DNA of 64,000 nucleotides from Octopus sinensis (taxonomy: Eukaryota): contig NC_043002.1 in assembly GCF_006345805.1 (NCBI RefSeq), positions 62,310,001 to 62,374,000 on the forward strand, read 5' to 3'. Every line of letters begins with the position of its first letter. The stretch's first letter is position 1. Under the pieces are notes generated by a model, which had not been told where the DNA came from, did not search any database, and saw nothing but the letters and a program-made list of their open reading frames with translations. This document shows, piece after piece, positions 50,787-64,000 of the stretch. The translations under genes and the position numbers were made by a program.

Positions 50787-51295
50787 GCAAATAGGCCAGA
50801 CATCATATTGAAAGATTTCAGAGTAAAATCATACCTCCTCATTGATATGACTGTCCCAATCGATATAAACGTATCTGTCAAGACCTACCAAAAACTGAGT
50901 AAGTATAAAGATCTTGAAATATAAATTAGCAAAATGTGGAACCTGAAGACTAAAACAACCTGTTGTCATAGGTGCCCTGGGAATGATAGCAAAAGTGGCT
51001 AATTGCTACCTAGCTCAGATACTAGGAAATCCCAAAATGGCTGAAATTCAAAAGATAGTGCTCATGGGAACTGCTCATATCCTATGCAAAATACTTTCTA
51101 CGTAATCTCAAGTTTTAAAACAAATAATCTTCTTGTGGTTTCTTAAACTTTCTCTAAAACAACACTATGCACAAAACCAAATATATGACACCCTAGGCAT
51201 AACACCAACATGAACTTCTAACTTGTCTCTTGAGGTCTCTGGGTGAGACTTGGAGACAACTTGTCCAAATGTAAAGCAAAAGTCAAATATAAAAT
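50787..51295 (+). mobile_element. R4/Dong-type LINE 3' fragment with restriction-like endonuclease (copy 1)
   Basis: ANRPDIILKD...LIDMTVPID.N...K.SKYKDLEI*ISKMW...PVVIGALG...IQKIVLMGTAHIL; flanked by (AAT)/(AAC)n. Confidence 0.85.
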
Positions 51296-51349
51296 AATAA
51301 AATAACAACACACAACAACAACACAACAACAACAACAATAATAATAATA

Positions 51350-51388
<39 letters not shown>

Positions 51389-51403
51389 TAATAATAATAA
51401 TAT

Positions 51404-51912
51404 GCAAATAGGCCAGACATCATATTGAAAGATTTCAGAGTAAAATCATACCTCCTCATTGATATGACTGTCCCAATCGATATAAACGTATCTGTCAAGA
51501 CCTACAAAAACTGAGTAAGTATAAAGATCTTGAAATATAAATTAGCAAAATGTGGAACCTGAAGACTAAAACAACCTGTTGTCATAGGTGCCCTGGGAAT
51601 GATAGCAAAAGTGGCTAATTGCTACCTAGCTCAGATACTAGGAAATCCCAAAATGGCTGAAATTCAAAAGATAGTGCTCATGGGAACTGCTCATATTCTA
51701 TGCAAAATACTTTCTACGTAATCTCAAGTTTTAAAACAAATAATCTTCTTGTGGTTTCTTAAACTTTCTCTAAAACAACACTATACACAAAACCAAATAT
51801 ATGACACCCTAGACATAACACCAACATGAACTTCTAACTTGTCTCTTGAGGTCTCTGGGTGAGACTTGGAGACAACTTGTCCAAATGTAAAGCAAAAGTC
51901 AAATATAAAATA
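51404..51912 (+). mobile_element. R4/Dong-type LINE 3' fragment (copy 2, tandem duplicate)
   Basis: Same 5' truncation point as copy 1, period 617, about four differences. Confidence 0.85.
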
Positions 51913-51920
51913 ATAATAAT

Positions 51921-51965
<45 letters not shown>

Positions 51966-52119
51966 AAACATATTTGTCTACCATGTATAAAATTTTAACA
52001 TCCATCATCGTGGAGATAACACAAATTTATGGAACAGAACGATAGTTTCCACACTAAATAAAAAGGGTTCCGACGAATTTCATATGGGTGTAAACACTAA
52101 CTCTTAATTGATCCTTGAT

Positions 52120-52420
52120 AACTGTCATAACAAACGCAGAAATCTCAGGTCTTCAAGGTCTTCATGGATTAATTATATAAACCCATCGACAGTACGCCGC
52201 ATTCATGGTCTTGAAAGCGCTGGATATCTTCAAAATTCCTCCTGTGATTTCAAGCTTTCTGAAGCATAACATATCAATCACTAATTATAGAACCCTACTA
52301 GAGAACTGAGCACAAAATTTATTAATATCAACTGCGCCATTTTCCAAGGTAACTAATTTTCACCTTTAATTTTCTGCCTAGCCCTAATACCCCTTACAAG
52401 TGAGCTTAACAGAACAAGGT
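52120..52420 (+). pseudogene. R4/Dong-type RT fragment
   Basis: Across frameshifts: NCHNKRRNL..WINY...PHSW.LKALDIFKIPPVISSFLKHN...IFQGN*FSPLIFCLALIPL, matching the WIDY.KAFDS.PHSW and GIFQGD.LSP motifs. Confidence 0.7.
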
Positions 52421-53648
52421 AGAGACATGATATATAATAATTCAGAGGCAAAGCCAGAAGTTTTGTAATCTAGGCTTTAATGAATATCAACCATTTTCAT
52501 CCTTAACTGATTTATTTTACCGGCCATAGAGAAATGAAAGACAACGTTGCATTTAGGGGATTTGAACTCAGAACGTAAACACACTGGAAGAACTCTCAGA
52601 ATACTTAACCGCACCCTCCAACGTTATCGTTAAAGCCGAGTTTCTTCGGGCGCAGATTATTCCGTGGATCTAATGAGAAAATTCTGACAGTCAAAAGGCG
52701 GACGGAGACCCACTACCACTGTACAATACATTGCATTTCGAACAACAATGTTAACCTAGTGCTGATGGAGATTTAAGCGGGATTTTACAGTGACTGGTGA
52801 CGAGAAAAAAAATCAATTTTGATTAATGAAATAACAAATCCAGTTCAGGAAACATATTTCTTTCCATTCCAACCTACGCGTCATCATTTGACTCATACCA
52901 TGTACCAAACCCACTTGCCATACAAATAATACACTGCATACGTATCGCAGAGTTTAGCAAAGCTCCTACGTTAGTTAACGTAACAGTTGTCAATTGATAA
53001 TCTTAGAGAAGTATTTAAGCATCTGTACGTATTCTCACACATTCTCGTGAACTTCAAGCTCCGATTTTGATCGGCTTAGAGCCTGGGGATGGAGAATTGG
53101 GTATTAGAACGAACAACGTAAAACTCCGTTTTGACGCAAGATTAGGTACTTCTCGGTGAGGTAGTTGTACTTGAGTCTATGAATATGTGTTCATTTGGGT
53201 GTGTATGCACACAAATATACAAATACCTTTCACACATATATGTCTCTGTTTGAGTGTGTGTATGAGTGTATGTATGTATGTGTGTATGTGTGTGAGCGTG
53301 CACGTGTATGTATGTGTGTTTGCGCCTATGTATAAAGAGAGAGAGAGGGGGAAAGGAGGAAAAGAGAAGTAGACAGATTGAGATTGATAGTATATATTTG
53401 ATTGGGGTCAATTTTTTATACTTATAAGTATAAGTATATGCCTGTTTTATAGAGATATAGAAAATGTAGATACATTTATATATATATACACACGAACACA
53501 CACACACACATATATATACCTGTGTGTATATATATGTCTGTATATATATATATGTGTATATATATATATATATATATCTGTATTATATTTATCTACCTAT
53601 TTATCTATCTATCAATTTATCTTACACCCTTTCTCTCTCTCTCCATCC

Positions 53649-53680
<32 letters not shown>

Positions 53681-53984
53681 TAATATATATATATATATAA
53701 TATATATATATATATATACACACAAACACACACTCAAAGAGAAAGAGAAAGGCTTTTCCGTGTTCTATTGTTCTATATTAACTGTAAACTTGCAGTTCAA
53801 CGATTCAAGTAATTCCTACCGTTAGTTGTGCCTTCTTTCTTTTATATGTCCAGACCATGGTAATCATATATTGTGATAGACATTATCCAATGTTTCCATT
53901 GTCTCTTTTTTTCTTTTTCTCTTCTTTTTTTGTTTCGAAGTTTGCCGTGCATATTTAGATAGCAATACTCTGCTGCTAGTCACA

Positions 53985-54175
53985 ACGCTGTGCCAAATGC
54001 TTAACCGTATTTCGTTCGACTTTACGTTTTGAGTACAAATACGACCAGGGTCGACTTTGACTTTCATCTTTTCGGGGTCGATAAAGTAAATACTATCTGA
54101 ACAATGGGATCTTTGTAATCGACTTATCCACTTTCCCCACCTCGAACTGGTTGGCCTTGTACCAAAATTCCAAAC
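53985..54175 (-). mobile_element. SINE B-like fragment
   Basis: Contains the core gggtcgactttgactttcatcttttcggggtcgataaa. It reads in family B plus-sense in part, so strand and boundaries are uncertain. Confidence 0.45.
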
Positions 54176-54959
54176 CATTATTTCTTTGCAAATTCTAATA
54201 TTCGAGTAGGAATTTTGGAATTCTTTTCTTAAATCATTTACATTTGTTGCTGATTTTACTCTCGTTGTTGTCGTTTTGAATTGAGATCAGCGCTAATGTC
54301 GTCTGTTATCAAAATCTTCTCCATAGTGTAATTCGAAATGTTATATTTTCCTACTCTGATAGTTTCCGTAGATTTCCGTCATACAAATATAATTTCCATC
54401 TTCAGAAATTTAGAATGAATTGCGGCTGTTATTCCTACCAGGCTTAGCGACCTCGAAATAGTGCACTTGTTGCTTTATTTCACTGATTTGTGAGCTTTGG
54501 AACAATCATTTGCTTCAGAGTTAACAACCAATTAATCAGATTTGTTAAGCAATAAACTATACAAGTAATAATATTTTAATAATACACGATTGCCGCATTT
54601 ATTGGAGTAGATGACTGAGTCAACGTAGGGAAGTTTGTGAGGTCAAATGACCTACAGGAAAGAACAGGCAAATTTTTAAATATGAATACAGCTTAAGTGT
54701 AAGTTTTGAGATTGTAATCTTAGGTCGATTGTACTCATAACTAAGATAGGATGTTCATTATTGTTAGCTAATTGACCTACTCAACCAGGATTAATCTGAA
54801 TTCAAGCAATAACGGCAAATGCAATGTTGTTCAAGATAACTGTAGCGTCGTTGATGTTTAGTATCTTCTCATCTTTGATGTTTAATACGTATGTCAGGCT
54901 GGTAGTCACCCTTTCGATAGTGGGTGCTCTATATATGTGCCAAATTACATACATTAATA

Positions 54960-55140
54960 GAAACTGTAGGGCGATATTAATGTGGCAGTCATAGGGGAAA
55001 AGAGCAAGAGGACGCCCTAAAACCACACGGTGAAGAACCCTTGAAAAGGAAAGGAATGAGACAAGAACAGTTGCAGAAAACAGAACTGGCTAGAAAGATA
55101 GCACTGCAGACTTATGAGTTTTTAGTAACAGATAGAAACA
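54960..55140 (+). mobile_element. RTE-clade LINE 3' remnant
   Basis: LMWQS*GKRARGRPKTTR*RTLEKER...VAENRTG*K matches the RTE C-terminal W.P.GKR.RGRP..TW...A..R..W motif. Confidence 0.65.
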
Positions 55141-56861
55141 ACTAACTTACTGATAGCAATTGATGTGGTGCCTCTGTGTGACTTTCTCTGAATCTCTGTC
55201 ATGTATGGAATTTAGTCAACGGAATCTGTGGGGGAAAACGAAGGATGCCGTCGTTTTGTTTTTCAAATGACATTGTTAACAAGTTGCCTGTTTTATTATC
55301 ACCAACAGGTAGGATCCTGTATTTTTTTAAAACGATTTTCTTAATCAATTCCCTGGTTGAACATCACCACCGAGCGTTAGGGTATTTTTACTGTCCATTC
55401 CCCGTTTCAACTTCTCAAGCTAAGACTCCAGTCTCAGAACATGTTCCACCTTTCCCGCCAAAGCTTGGAAAGCTCTAAAATGTGATACGAGCTCCGAATT
55501 TCCTCCTTTGTGGAAGCCACAAAAATAAAACAGAGCTGGAAAGTATATAATATGTGTGCAATACAAATAAAAATGAAAATATCTCGAAATTAATACACAT
55601 TTTAGTAAACTCCGCTTTAATTTCACAAGCACATGCATATTGCTTTAGATATCAGTCTTCCTATGGGGCATTCCTAGATTATAAACTACATATTATTTGC
55701 ACAGCATAAAGAGCATAGAGGCCAAACAACAAATGCAGTGAAAAGAATCAATGGTGAAGCCTTAGATAAGACAGTCCATACGTATTCAGTTACCTTGCCT
55801 GAAATATCAGTTAAATAACCATTAAAATAACATACCGATGCTCTAACGATTTTGAAAGTTACCGACATTTAATGGTAATTGAAGAAGTGATCTTTTGAGG
55901 GAAGCATAGAATGAAATGTTAAAAAGATCTTATCTGGCTCTTCACGGGTTGTCATCGATATACTGACAATATAATTTTGGTCTTTCAGAGTTAATATTTC
56001 TCTTGGAAGAAATATATAAAAAATATATATATATATTTCAGTGTATTATATGATATACTTTGATTTCTTGACAGAGTGTCAGAGAAACAATATTTTGAAA
56101 AATCATACATAATTGCTAAACGGAAATGATACTTCAGATGGCTTGTGTAAAACTTATAAATGTTAAAATGGGCAACATAATATATTGCGTGTAAAATATT
56201 TTAATATGTAGACATAGAGAGGAAAAAACCCATACACACCTACTTCTATAATCATTCCAAACATTCACATACTTATTAACATACGTAGACAAAAAACGGA
56301 AACATAACTAGATTTCCATAGATAAAATAATGGTAGATATAAATAAAAGCTTTATAGATAGTTACAAGTAGTGTCGCCCTTAATAACGTATGTTCTTGTG
56401 TGCGTATTTGTGTTTGCGTGCACGTTTATATATATATGATATATATATATACAATTCTCAGAAAGCTGCTTTTCAAAAACAGCTTATTTTGTTCATTAAA
56501 AATAAGATTATCGCAGATGACAAAACGTTCTGTCAAATAATAAATTTCAAATTAATACTGTTACAATAGACATCATGATTTGTGTACTCTATGGTGAGTA
56601 TGACACCATTTGCTAAAGGATATATTCATTAATCTCTTTCTCCGCCTATCAATATACTTAACCTCCATTGCTAGCAACCTATACACACAGGTGTGGGCGC
56701 ATAAATGTATGAATGTAATGAGAACCCAGATTAAGGCAACTTAAACCCCACACTCACACATAACACTAGGTCAAAAGCTAAAACGACTAACAATAATAAC
56801 TGGCCATATCATCCCCCTCTAATTTCTGGAAATATAGATTACACTACCCTTAAGCAACCAA

Positions 56862-57690
56862 AAATCTAAAGCACGCAGAGTAAAGCCGCTACGCAAAGAT
56901 TGACCTTTCACTATACTGTGTGTACGCACTAAATTTTAGCGTTCTATCTCATTCTGCTGTTTACAGCCTTTTTCGGAAGGATTGTGTGTAGCATGTGATC
57001 ATCGCATTGACGATGACAGAGAAAGTTGTCATGCCGATACCTGATCAGAGGCCTACGCAAATTTGCAGAAAGTGTATGGAGAGGAGTATATGAGCGGCAC
57101 ACAAGTGTAGGAGCGGTTCAGAAGTTTCCATGATGACAGAAAAATATCGATATTGACGCACATTCTGGGAGACCCGCAACCAGCAGAACTGGGAAAAACA
57201 GTGCAGATGTCGTTAAGCTGTAATTACCATCTGTGAGTTATCAGAGGAAGTGCAGATTAGTTACGGTTCAGTTCAGTCCATTATCACTAAAGATTTTTGT
57301 ATGAGACACTTGTCTGCCAAATTTACAACAAAACTGCTTTCAGCTGACCAAAAGGAGACTCGGGTTTCAGTTGCACAAGGTCTCATTGATTGTGTCGGGA
57401 ACGATTGAAAATTCTTTGAAAAGTTTGCGTAGGTCTCTGGGCAGGTATCGCCAAGCTTTTGGCAAAATTTGATGCAGATACTCTGCTCAACTTTCTCAGT
57501 CATAGTTAATTCGACGATCGCATGCTACACACCTTACATTCAAGCACTGCTGTAACCAAAATAAGTGAGCTAGAACGTTAAAACTTGGTTTGCATTCACA
57601 GCAGAGTTCAAGATTAATCTGTATCAAACGGGTTTACACTCCGTGCTTTAGCTTCGTTACAGTCCGGTTACTTATTGATCTGTCCACGTA
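56862..57690. mobile_element. Palindromic mariner deletion derivative (two inverted 5' ends)
   Basis: Decayed transposase N-terminus on + (57021-57420: LQKVYGEE...SGRPATS...ISYGSVQSII..LSAK...LLS.DQK.TRV). A second 5' end lies on - (MTEKVEQSICIKFCQKLG) with a TIR ending GATCTGTCCACG|TA at 57690. Confidence 0.7.
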
Positions 57691-58230
57691 TTCTTCTTTT
57701 GCGTTTCTTAGTTGATCCTTTGTTTCTTTATCTTGAAGAAAATGGAATATTTTGAATATTCTCTTTGCATGAAGATCTAAAATTTCACTTTAGGGAATAA
57801 TTGCAAGCGATGAATTTTGACTTGTTGCTTATGTACTCTTACCCGATTCTTGTGTATTTTGATCTCATGTGACGGATGAAATACCCATCGCATTCTGACC
57901 GTTGACAAAATTTTTTTTCCCAATTCATTTTTGCATTAGCATTCAATCCTTTCCAATTCTTGAGAATTTTGGATTTCCCCTATTAAATTAATTCGCATGC
58001 CTGATACTAAAGGTCTCCAAATTTGGCATCATTTCTTATACGGATGTTAAATTTCTTTTTTTCTCAATGATTTCCTGGTTGTTTAACCCTGAAGATAACC
58101 TCTGATTCGTAAATTATTTTTCTGTAATTTGAAGATTGGGACAGAAATAGAAGTTATCGTTTAGCTGAAAGTAAGAAATTAGGAAATTTAGGATTAGAGG
58201 GAATATTTCAATTAAATTCATAAATTCATA

Positions 58231-58394
58231 GGCGCAGCGTGGCTGTGTGGTAAAAAGCTTGCTTCTCAACCACATGGTTCCTGGTTCAGTCCCACAACAT
58301 GGCACCTTGCGCTAGTGTCTTCTACTCCAGCCTTCGGCTCACCAAAGTTTTGTGAGTGCATTTGATAGACGGAAACTTAAAGAAGCCCGTCGTT

Positions 58395-58444
<50 letters not shown>

Positions 58445-58710
58445 TGTATGTATGTATGTATGTATGTATATGTGTATGTATGTAGATATGTATGTATATG
58501 TGTGTGTCTGTGTTTGTCCTCCCAACATCGCTTGACAACTGATATTGGTGTGTTTATGTCCCCGTACCTTGCGGTTCGGCAAAATATATGGATAGAATAA
58601 GTGCTACGTTTACGAAGAATGAGTCCTGGGGTCGATTTGTTCAACTAAAGGCAGTGCTCCAGCACGGCCGCAGTCAAATGACGGAATCAAGTAAAAGAAT
58701 AAAAGAATAA
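58231..58710 (+). mobile_element. SINE family A, full length
   Basis: GGCGCAGCGTGGCTGTGTGG head, internal (TATG)n, (AAAAGAAT)n tail. Confidence 0.85.
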
Positions 58711-60843
58711 ATTACTGGGACTTATAAAACTTAGTAATTTTGTTTTTAATTTTGTGTAATTTTGTCGTATACGCTTTTAGGGTGTATGTATGTATGTATG
58801 TATGTGAACTGCTTAAAAGAAATTGTTAGACAGTACATATATTTTACTAGCTCGAGAAGGATCTTAAAGTTGGCATTGGCTTAAACAAATATTAGTTGAT
58901 ATATGCGAGTGCTGGAGAGTACACATATGTGTGGATATAAGTGCATATACACATACACAGAATAGAGAGAGAGAGATCCATGTATAAAACGCGTAAATGT
59001 ATATGGCTCATAGATTTCTACATATAGAAAACAAAATAAACCCACACACACACGCATATACACACACACACACACACATAAATAAATAAAGCTATATGTA
59101 CGAATGTTCATATGTGCACACTCACACACATGCACACACACTCTCACGCATATATGTATTTATACATATGATTATATATGTAAATAAATACATGTATTAT
59201 GTATGCATGTATGTATATATAACGTCAATCTTTCTCTTTGTAAGTTATCGAATATTACGGTCTGAAAAGTATATTGCTAATTAAATTAAATTCAATGGGA
59301 AATAAAAAAAATTATCTTTAATTTAAAATGTGCTAAAAGATAGATTATTATTTAAATTTGAATAAACTAATGTATATTGAAGCACTACAGTCATAATTAC
59401 CTCCATACAAAACACTTCTCTTCATTTATTTGCATTTAAAATTTTCTACAGTGTTGCAGATATATAAAGCCGTTTACACTCATCTATATATATATTTACA
59501 TATTCCCCTTAACACAAAAAAGTATGTGTCTTTTTTCTTTTTTGTAATTAAAAACGGATTTAATTTTATGTATTAAAAGCAGTGGAGATAATCGAACATA
59601 CCATGAAATATTGTCTTGCAAATTACGCATATATATTCTTCATAGGCACAACATATTTCAAATATCGATTCTTATATGCATATGTGCTCCATTTTATACA
59701 TACATACATATATACATACATACATACATATATATATATATGTATATATGTATATATATATACATATATGTATATATATATGTATATATATTTTTATATA
59801 CATATATATATATGTATATATATATGTGTGTGTGTGTGCACATACATCATGTACATATATATATATATATATATAAACATCTATAGAAAGATATACAAAA
59901 AATAAGTAGAATAATTTATGCACTTACAGTCACGCGTGTATATACATATATATTTATATACATATATATACATATATATGTATGCATTTATATATGTATG
60001 TATATATATATATGTGTGTATATATATGTATGTATATATATATATATATGTATGCATATATATATATATGTATATGTATGCAAGCATGCATGTGTGTATA
60101 TAAAATATAAGCTATATAGCATACACGTATATCTATAGAATACTCTACAATCCATTATAGATTGGAAACGCACCAACGACATATTTTTCTTGCCAAATAC
60201 ATATATTAAAAACTATAAAAATTTGCAGCACATCGAATCTGCTGGTGACTTCAAAATAACTGTGGTTACATATGGAGCTTTCTTCACTTACTTACGAAAT
60301 CTTTCAAATACTTGCTGGTAAATATGTTGGCGTTGTCGACATGCTAAAATCTTTTGCAGCGACAAACGATCAATGATAATATCCCTCTTGGAATAACTAA
60401 GAACAAGTTAGGCTTCTCTATGCATTATGACTGTAATGTTTGTCATATTCTCTTTGCAAACTTCGCCGTACACAGCATTGTAGAAATAGGAAAGCGTATT
60501 ACAAAACGCTTGACTGAAATCAAGACACCAGCTACTGAGTACACCTCTGTACATTACGCTCTAATATGTTTATGCATGTTTGTAGGCAAGTATGTATGCA
60601 TGTATGTATGAGAATACATAGTACATTCATACATATATACATTCATATAGATATATATATGTATGAGCCTACGTATGTATTGTTGAAGATAGACATTTAT
60701 AAACACCTTAGGGAACGTGAAATTATTCTTGATTTTCTTCGGGTGGTGTGTAGGTATATTTTAAAGCATTCACATGGAGTTATGAATAATACTATATAAA
60801 TATTAATGTGTGTATATATATATATATATAAATAGGTCGTGAG

Positions 60844-61207
60844 ACTCCATCGGTTACGACGACGAGGGTTCTTGTTGATCCGATCAACGGAGAAGCCTGC
60901 TCGTGAAATTAACGTATAAGTGGCTGAGCACTCCACAGACACGTGTACCCTTAACGTAGTTCCCGGGGAGATTCAGTGTGACAAGGCTGACCCTTTGAAA
61001 TACAGCTACAACAGAAACAGGAAGAAAGTGAGAGAGCAAGTTGTGGTGAAAGTGTACAGCAGGGCTCGGCACCATCCCTGCTGGAGCCTCGTGGAGCTTT
61101 AGGTGTTTTCGCTCAATATACACAATGTCAATGCACGGATTGAGAATCGAAACTGCGATCCTAGGACCGCTAGTCCGCAGTTCTAAGCACCGGGCCATTG
61201 CGCCTCC
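60844..61207 (-). mobile_element. SINE family C, full length (tail type 1)
   Basis: Reverse complement of the 1864-2220 type with an intact head. Confidence 0.85.
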
Positions 61208-61220
61208 ACATATATAGGTA

Positions 61221-62500
61221 CGAGGGACGTTCAATAAGTAATGCCTCTGACCCACTTGCAGTTGTTTGATCTACCTGAACTTTTGCATGTGCAATCATTT
61301 ATATCTCTAAAGAGTAAGTGGTAAATTACAGTTCTGAATTAATTGTGGTTTCTGATTTACAGGTGTTTGAACTGAGTCGAGTGTGAAATGGAGCCTGTTG
61401 AGTGTCGAGCAGTGATCTGGTTTTTGTATTTGAAAGGACGCACACCACGGGAGACTTTTGATGAAATGAAAGTAACTTATGGTGATGATGCCCCATCAAA
61501 TGACCTTGTAAAACGCTGGCATCGTGAATTGAAACATGGTCGGAACTCTGTGGAAACAGCTCCCAGATCTTGTCGCCCCCTTCTGCCATTGATGAGGCAT
61601 CTGTCCGTCAAGTTGAGGCTGCCATTTTGGAAGATCGACGCATAATTATTCGCCAAATAGCCCATGAGGTCAAGTTTAGTACCGGGTCTGTGGAAACTAT
61701 CATTCATGACCATTTGCATATGCAAAAGGTGTCTGCCAGATGGATTCCCAGGTTGCTCACGCCTTTCCAGAAGCAAGAACGCGTCGAGTGCTCGAGGGTG
61801 AATTTGGAGATGTGCCAAAAAGATGAGTCAAAATTTTTCAAAAGACTGATTACACAGGATGAAACCTGGGTCCATCACGATGATCCAGAGACCAAAGCCC
61901 AGTCAATGCAGTGGAAGCACCGTGACTCACCCTCTCCAAAGAAGGCAAGGGTGCAGCCCTCCGCTGGCAAGGTCATGCTCACACTCTTCTGGGACCAGGA
62001 CGGAGTAGTGATGACAGATTTTCTGGCAAAGGGTACCACGATTGCAGGAGCCTATTATGCTTTACTTTTGAGGAAATTAAGAGAAGTTATCAAAATCAAG
62101 AGGCGGGGCAAGATCAGCAAAGGCATCCTCCTCCTGCAGGACAACGCTCCGGTCCACAATTCGCTTGTCGCCAGATCAGAAGCACAGGCGTATGGCTATG
62201 AACTCCTCCCCATTCCTGACCTTGCACCCTCTGATTTTCACCTCTTCCCAATCATGAAGTTGTTTTTGAAAGGAAAGCCTTTCCCAGATGATGCAGCCTT
62301 GATTTCTGAAGTCACGTTGAGGTTGAAGGACCAAGCTGGGTTCTTCTACAAAAACGGTCTCCAGAGCCGCATCAAACGATGGGAGAAATGCGTAACTCTG
62401 GGTGGTTCCTATGTAGAAAAAGACTAATAACTGTGCCAAGTTTCGTTGCTCTACTGCTATGGGAAGTGGGTCAAGGGCATTACTTATTGAGCGCCCCTCG
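61221..62500 (+). mobile_element. Full-length mariner transposon (1280 bp), irritans/Himar1-like
   Basis: TA target duplication (61219-61220, 62501-62502); ~37-bp TIRs CGAGGG.CG.TCAATAAGTAATGCC..TGACCCACTT with four mismatches. Confidence 0.95.
61388..62427 (+). pseudogene. Mariner transposase, disabled
   Basis: HTH N-terminus (61388-) joins the main frame through a 1-bp loss in a C-run near 61575. Motifs ARWIPRLL, ITQDETW, LQDNAP, PDLAPSDFHLF. The second-to-third Asp spacing is 30, i.e. 34 minus a 4-aa deletion of the HPPYS motif. Confidence 0.92.
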
Positions 62501-62618
62501 TACATCATATATTAGTTTACATATACATACATGCATATGTAGATATATACGTACATACATGTGCATGTACACACACACCACACACACACCACACACACAC
62601 CACACACACACATATATA

Positions 62619-62705
<87 letters not shown>

Positions 62706-63340
62706 AATATATATAGAAAGAGAGAGTTACAGAGAGGGAGAGAGAGATAATAATGCGAGTAAGCAAATAGATTTTTTTTGCTGAAGAATTTATGCATTAA
62801 GGCAAGAATTTCTCGCCTTAATGACACAGCAATTTTCTCTTGGTGTTGGCAAAAATCTCTAAACTAAATGAACTGCTGAGAAAAGTCATTAGTCGATCTT
62901 TGTAGGCATTCCTTTGTGCACTAAATTTCTATAGAACAAAGCTTGATGACTCCTCCTACGACAATCCCGTTATCCATCGGGAATTGCAAATGCGTGACGC
63001 CATTTACGACATTGTGATCCAAACTTGTTTGCCTTGTTTGAAACCAGTAGCTTTGTGAAAGAGATTACATACTGAAAAATATGTCTGACAAATGGCAACT
63101 TCACCAGTCATCGATTGAGATGGAACTAAATGGTATAGACTAAATCCCCTCACGATTTTTATTATTAGCATTATTGTTAACCTTGCTGCTGATAATAATT
63201 AAAAGGCGATAATTAATTATCTTAATGGTTTCAATGAAAGATGAAATTCGTAAAATACGTTGTTAGGACATGCGAAACTATTAAGAGTGAATACTTAATG
63301 CAGTCTAATATACTTTAAGTTAATATTTTTAATCATTTAC

Positions 63341-63552
63341 GGCGGCGAGCTGGCAGAAACGTTAGCGCGCCGGGCGAAATGCTTAGCGATATTTCGTCTG
63401 CCGTTAAGTTGTGAGTTCAAATTCCGCCAAGGTCGACTTTGCCTTTCATCCTTTCGGGGTCGATAAATTTAGTACCAGTTAGGTTCTGGCGTCAATCTAA
63501 TCGACTGTCCCTGTCCCACCAAAATTTTGTGCCTTGTCCGTAGAGAAGAAAA
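63341..63552 (+). mobile_element. SINE family B with target-site duplication
   Basis: Near-consensus head and module, flanked by the direct repeat TTTTAATCATTTAC (ending at 63340 and 63571). Confidence 0.88.
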
Positions 63553-64000
63553 AATAATTTTAATCATTTACAATATTAACGAGAAAAAAGAAGTAAATTG
63601 AATAGTTGTGCTGAAGTCTATAAGCAAGGAAGATATTTCACAGCATCACATTTGACGAACCATAGAATGAAAATATCTGCAGAGAATAATCCGGTTGACT
63701 GTAGCTGTGATGAGAGCTTGCAGTATTTTTGAATCATATTCTATGATATTGAATCAAAACCTCCTTGATTCCAGAAGGCTAATAGATATAGACTGTGTGT
63801 CAATGATTTCGTTAATATGAATATCTCAAATTAATATCAGCTCAAATAAAGTTTCGGCCCATTTCTGAATAATATTGGCAACCCTTTTCGCCAACTCCTT
63901 TCATGTCTTCTCAACTACATGATCTGGAGTAAAGCGGATTCCGAGCAGGATAGCCAGTCCTTCTGCCCAGCGTCTAAGAACTTATTGGACAGCATCGACC

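Noticed and set aside
50409-50924. 171-aa ORF with poly-Asp/Asn fused to NRPDII
   Set aside because: Microsatellite read-through into a truncated R4/Dong fragment, not a gene.

Overview
AT-rich, microsatellite-saturated animal DNA. The SINE families and repeat make-up suggest a coleoid cephalopod, most likely Octopus; this is pattern recognition, not a search result. No host protein-coding gene is supportable, so the window is intergenic or deep intronic, and almost all ORFs in the track are microsatellite translations. There is one 100-N gap at 43672-43771. Recognisable content: at least four tRNA-derived SINE families in many copies; a 5'-truncated CR1-type LINE with most of its RT (31.1-33.7 kb); fragments of Tx1/L1, R4/Dong, RTE and Penelope-like (PLE, GIY-YIG) retroelements; a full-length but disabled D,D34D mariner (61221-62500); a palindromic mariner derivative; a DD37D (maT-like) remnant; a piggyBac fragment; canonical Helitrons; and a Helentron-type HINE. 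The most interesting signal is a dense set of small type I hammerhead-ribozyme (HHR) motifs in short non-coding modules inserted in (TA)n/(AAT)n. They occur downstream of a PLE endonuclease remnant, inside a direct-repeat-bounded retrozyme-like unit, as an outward-facing inverted pair, behind a tRNA-like Pol III head, and as a three-copy family sharing an A6U core change. Related AT-rich families form long palindromes. All ribozyme folds were made by eye and are untested.
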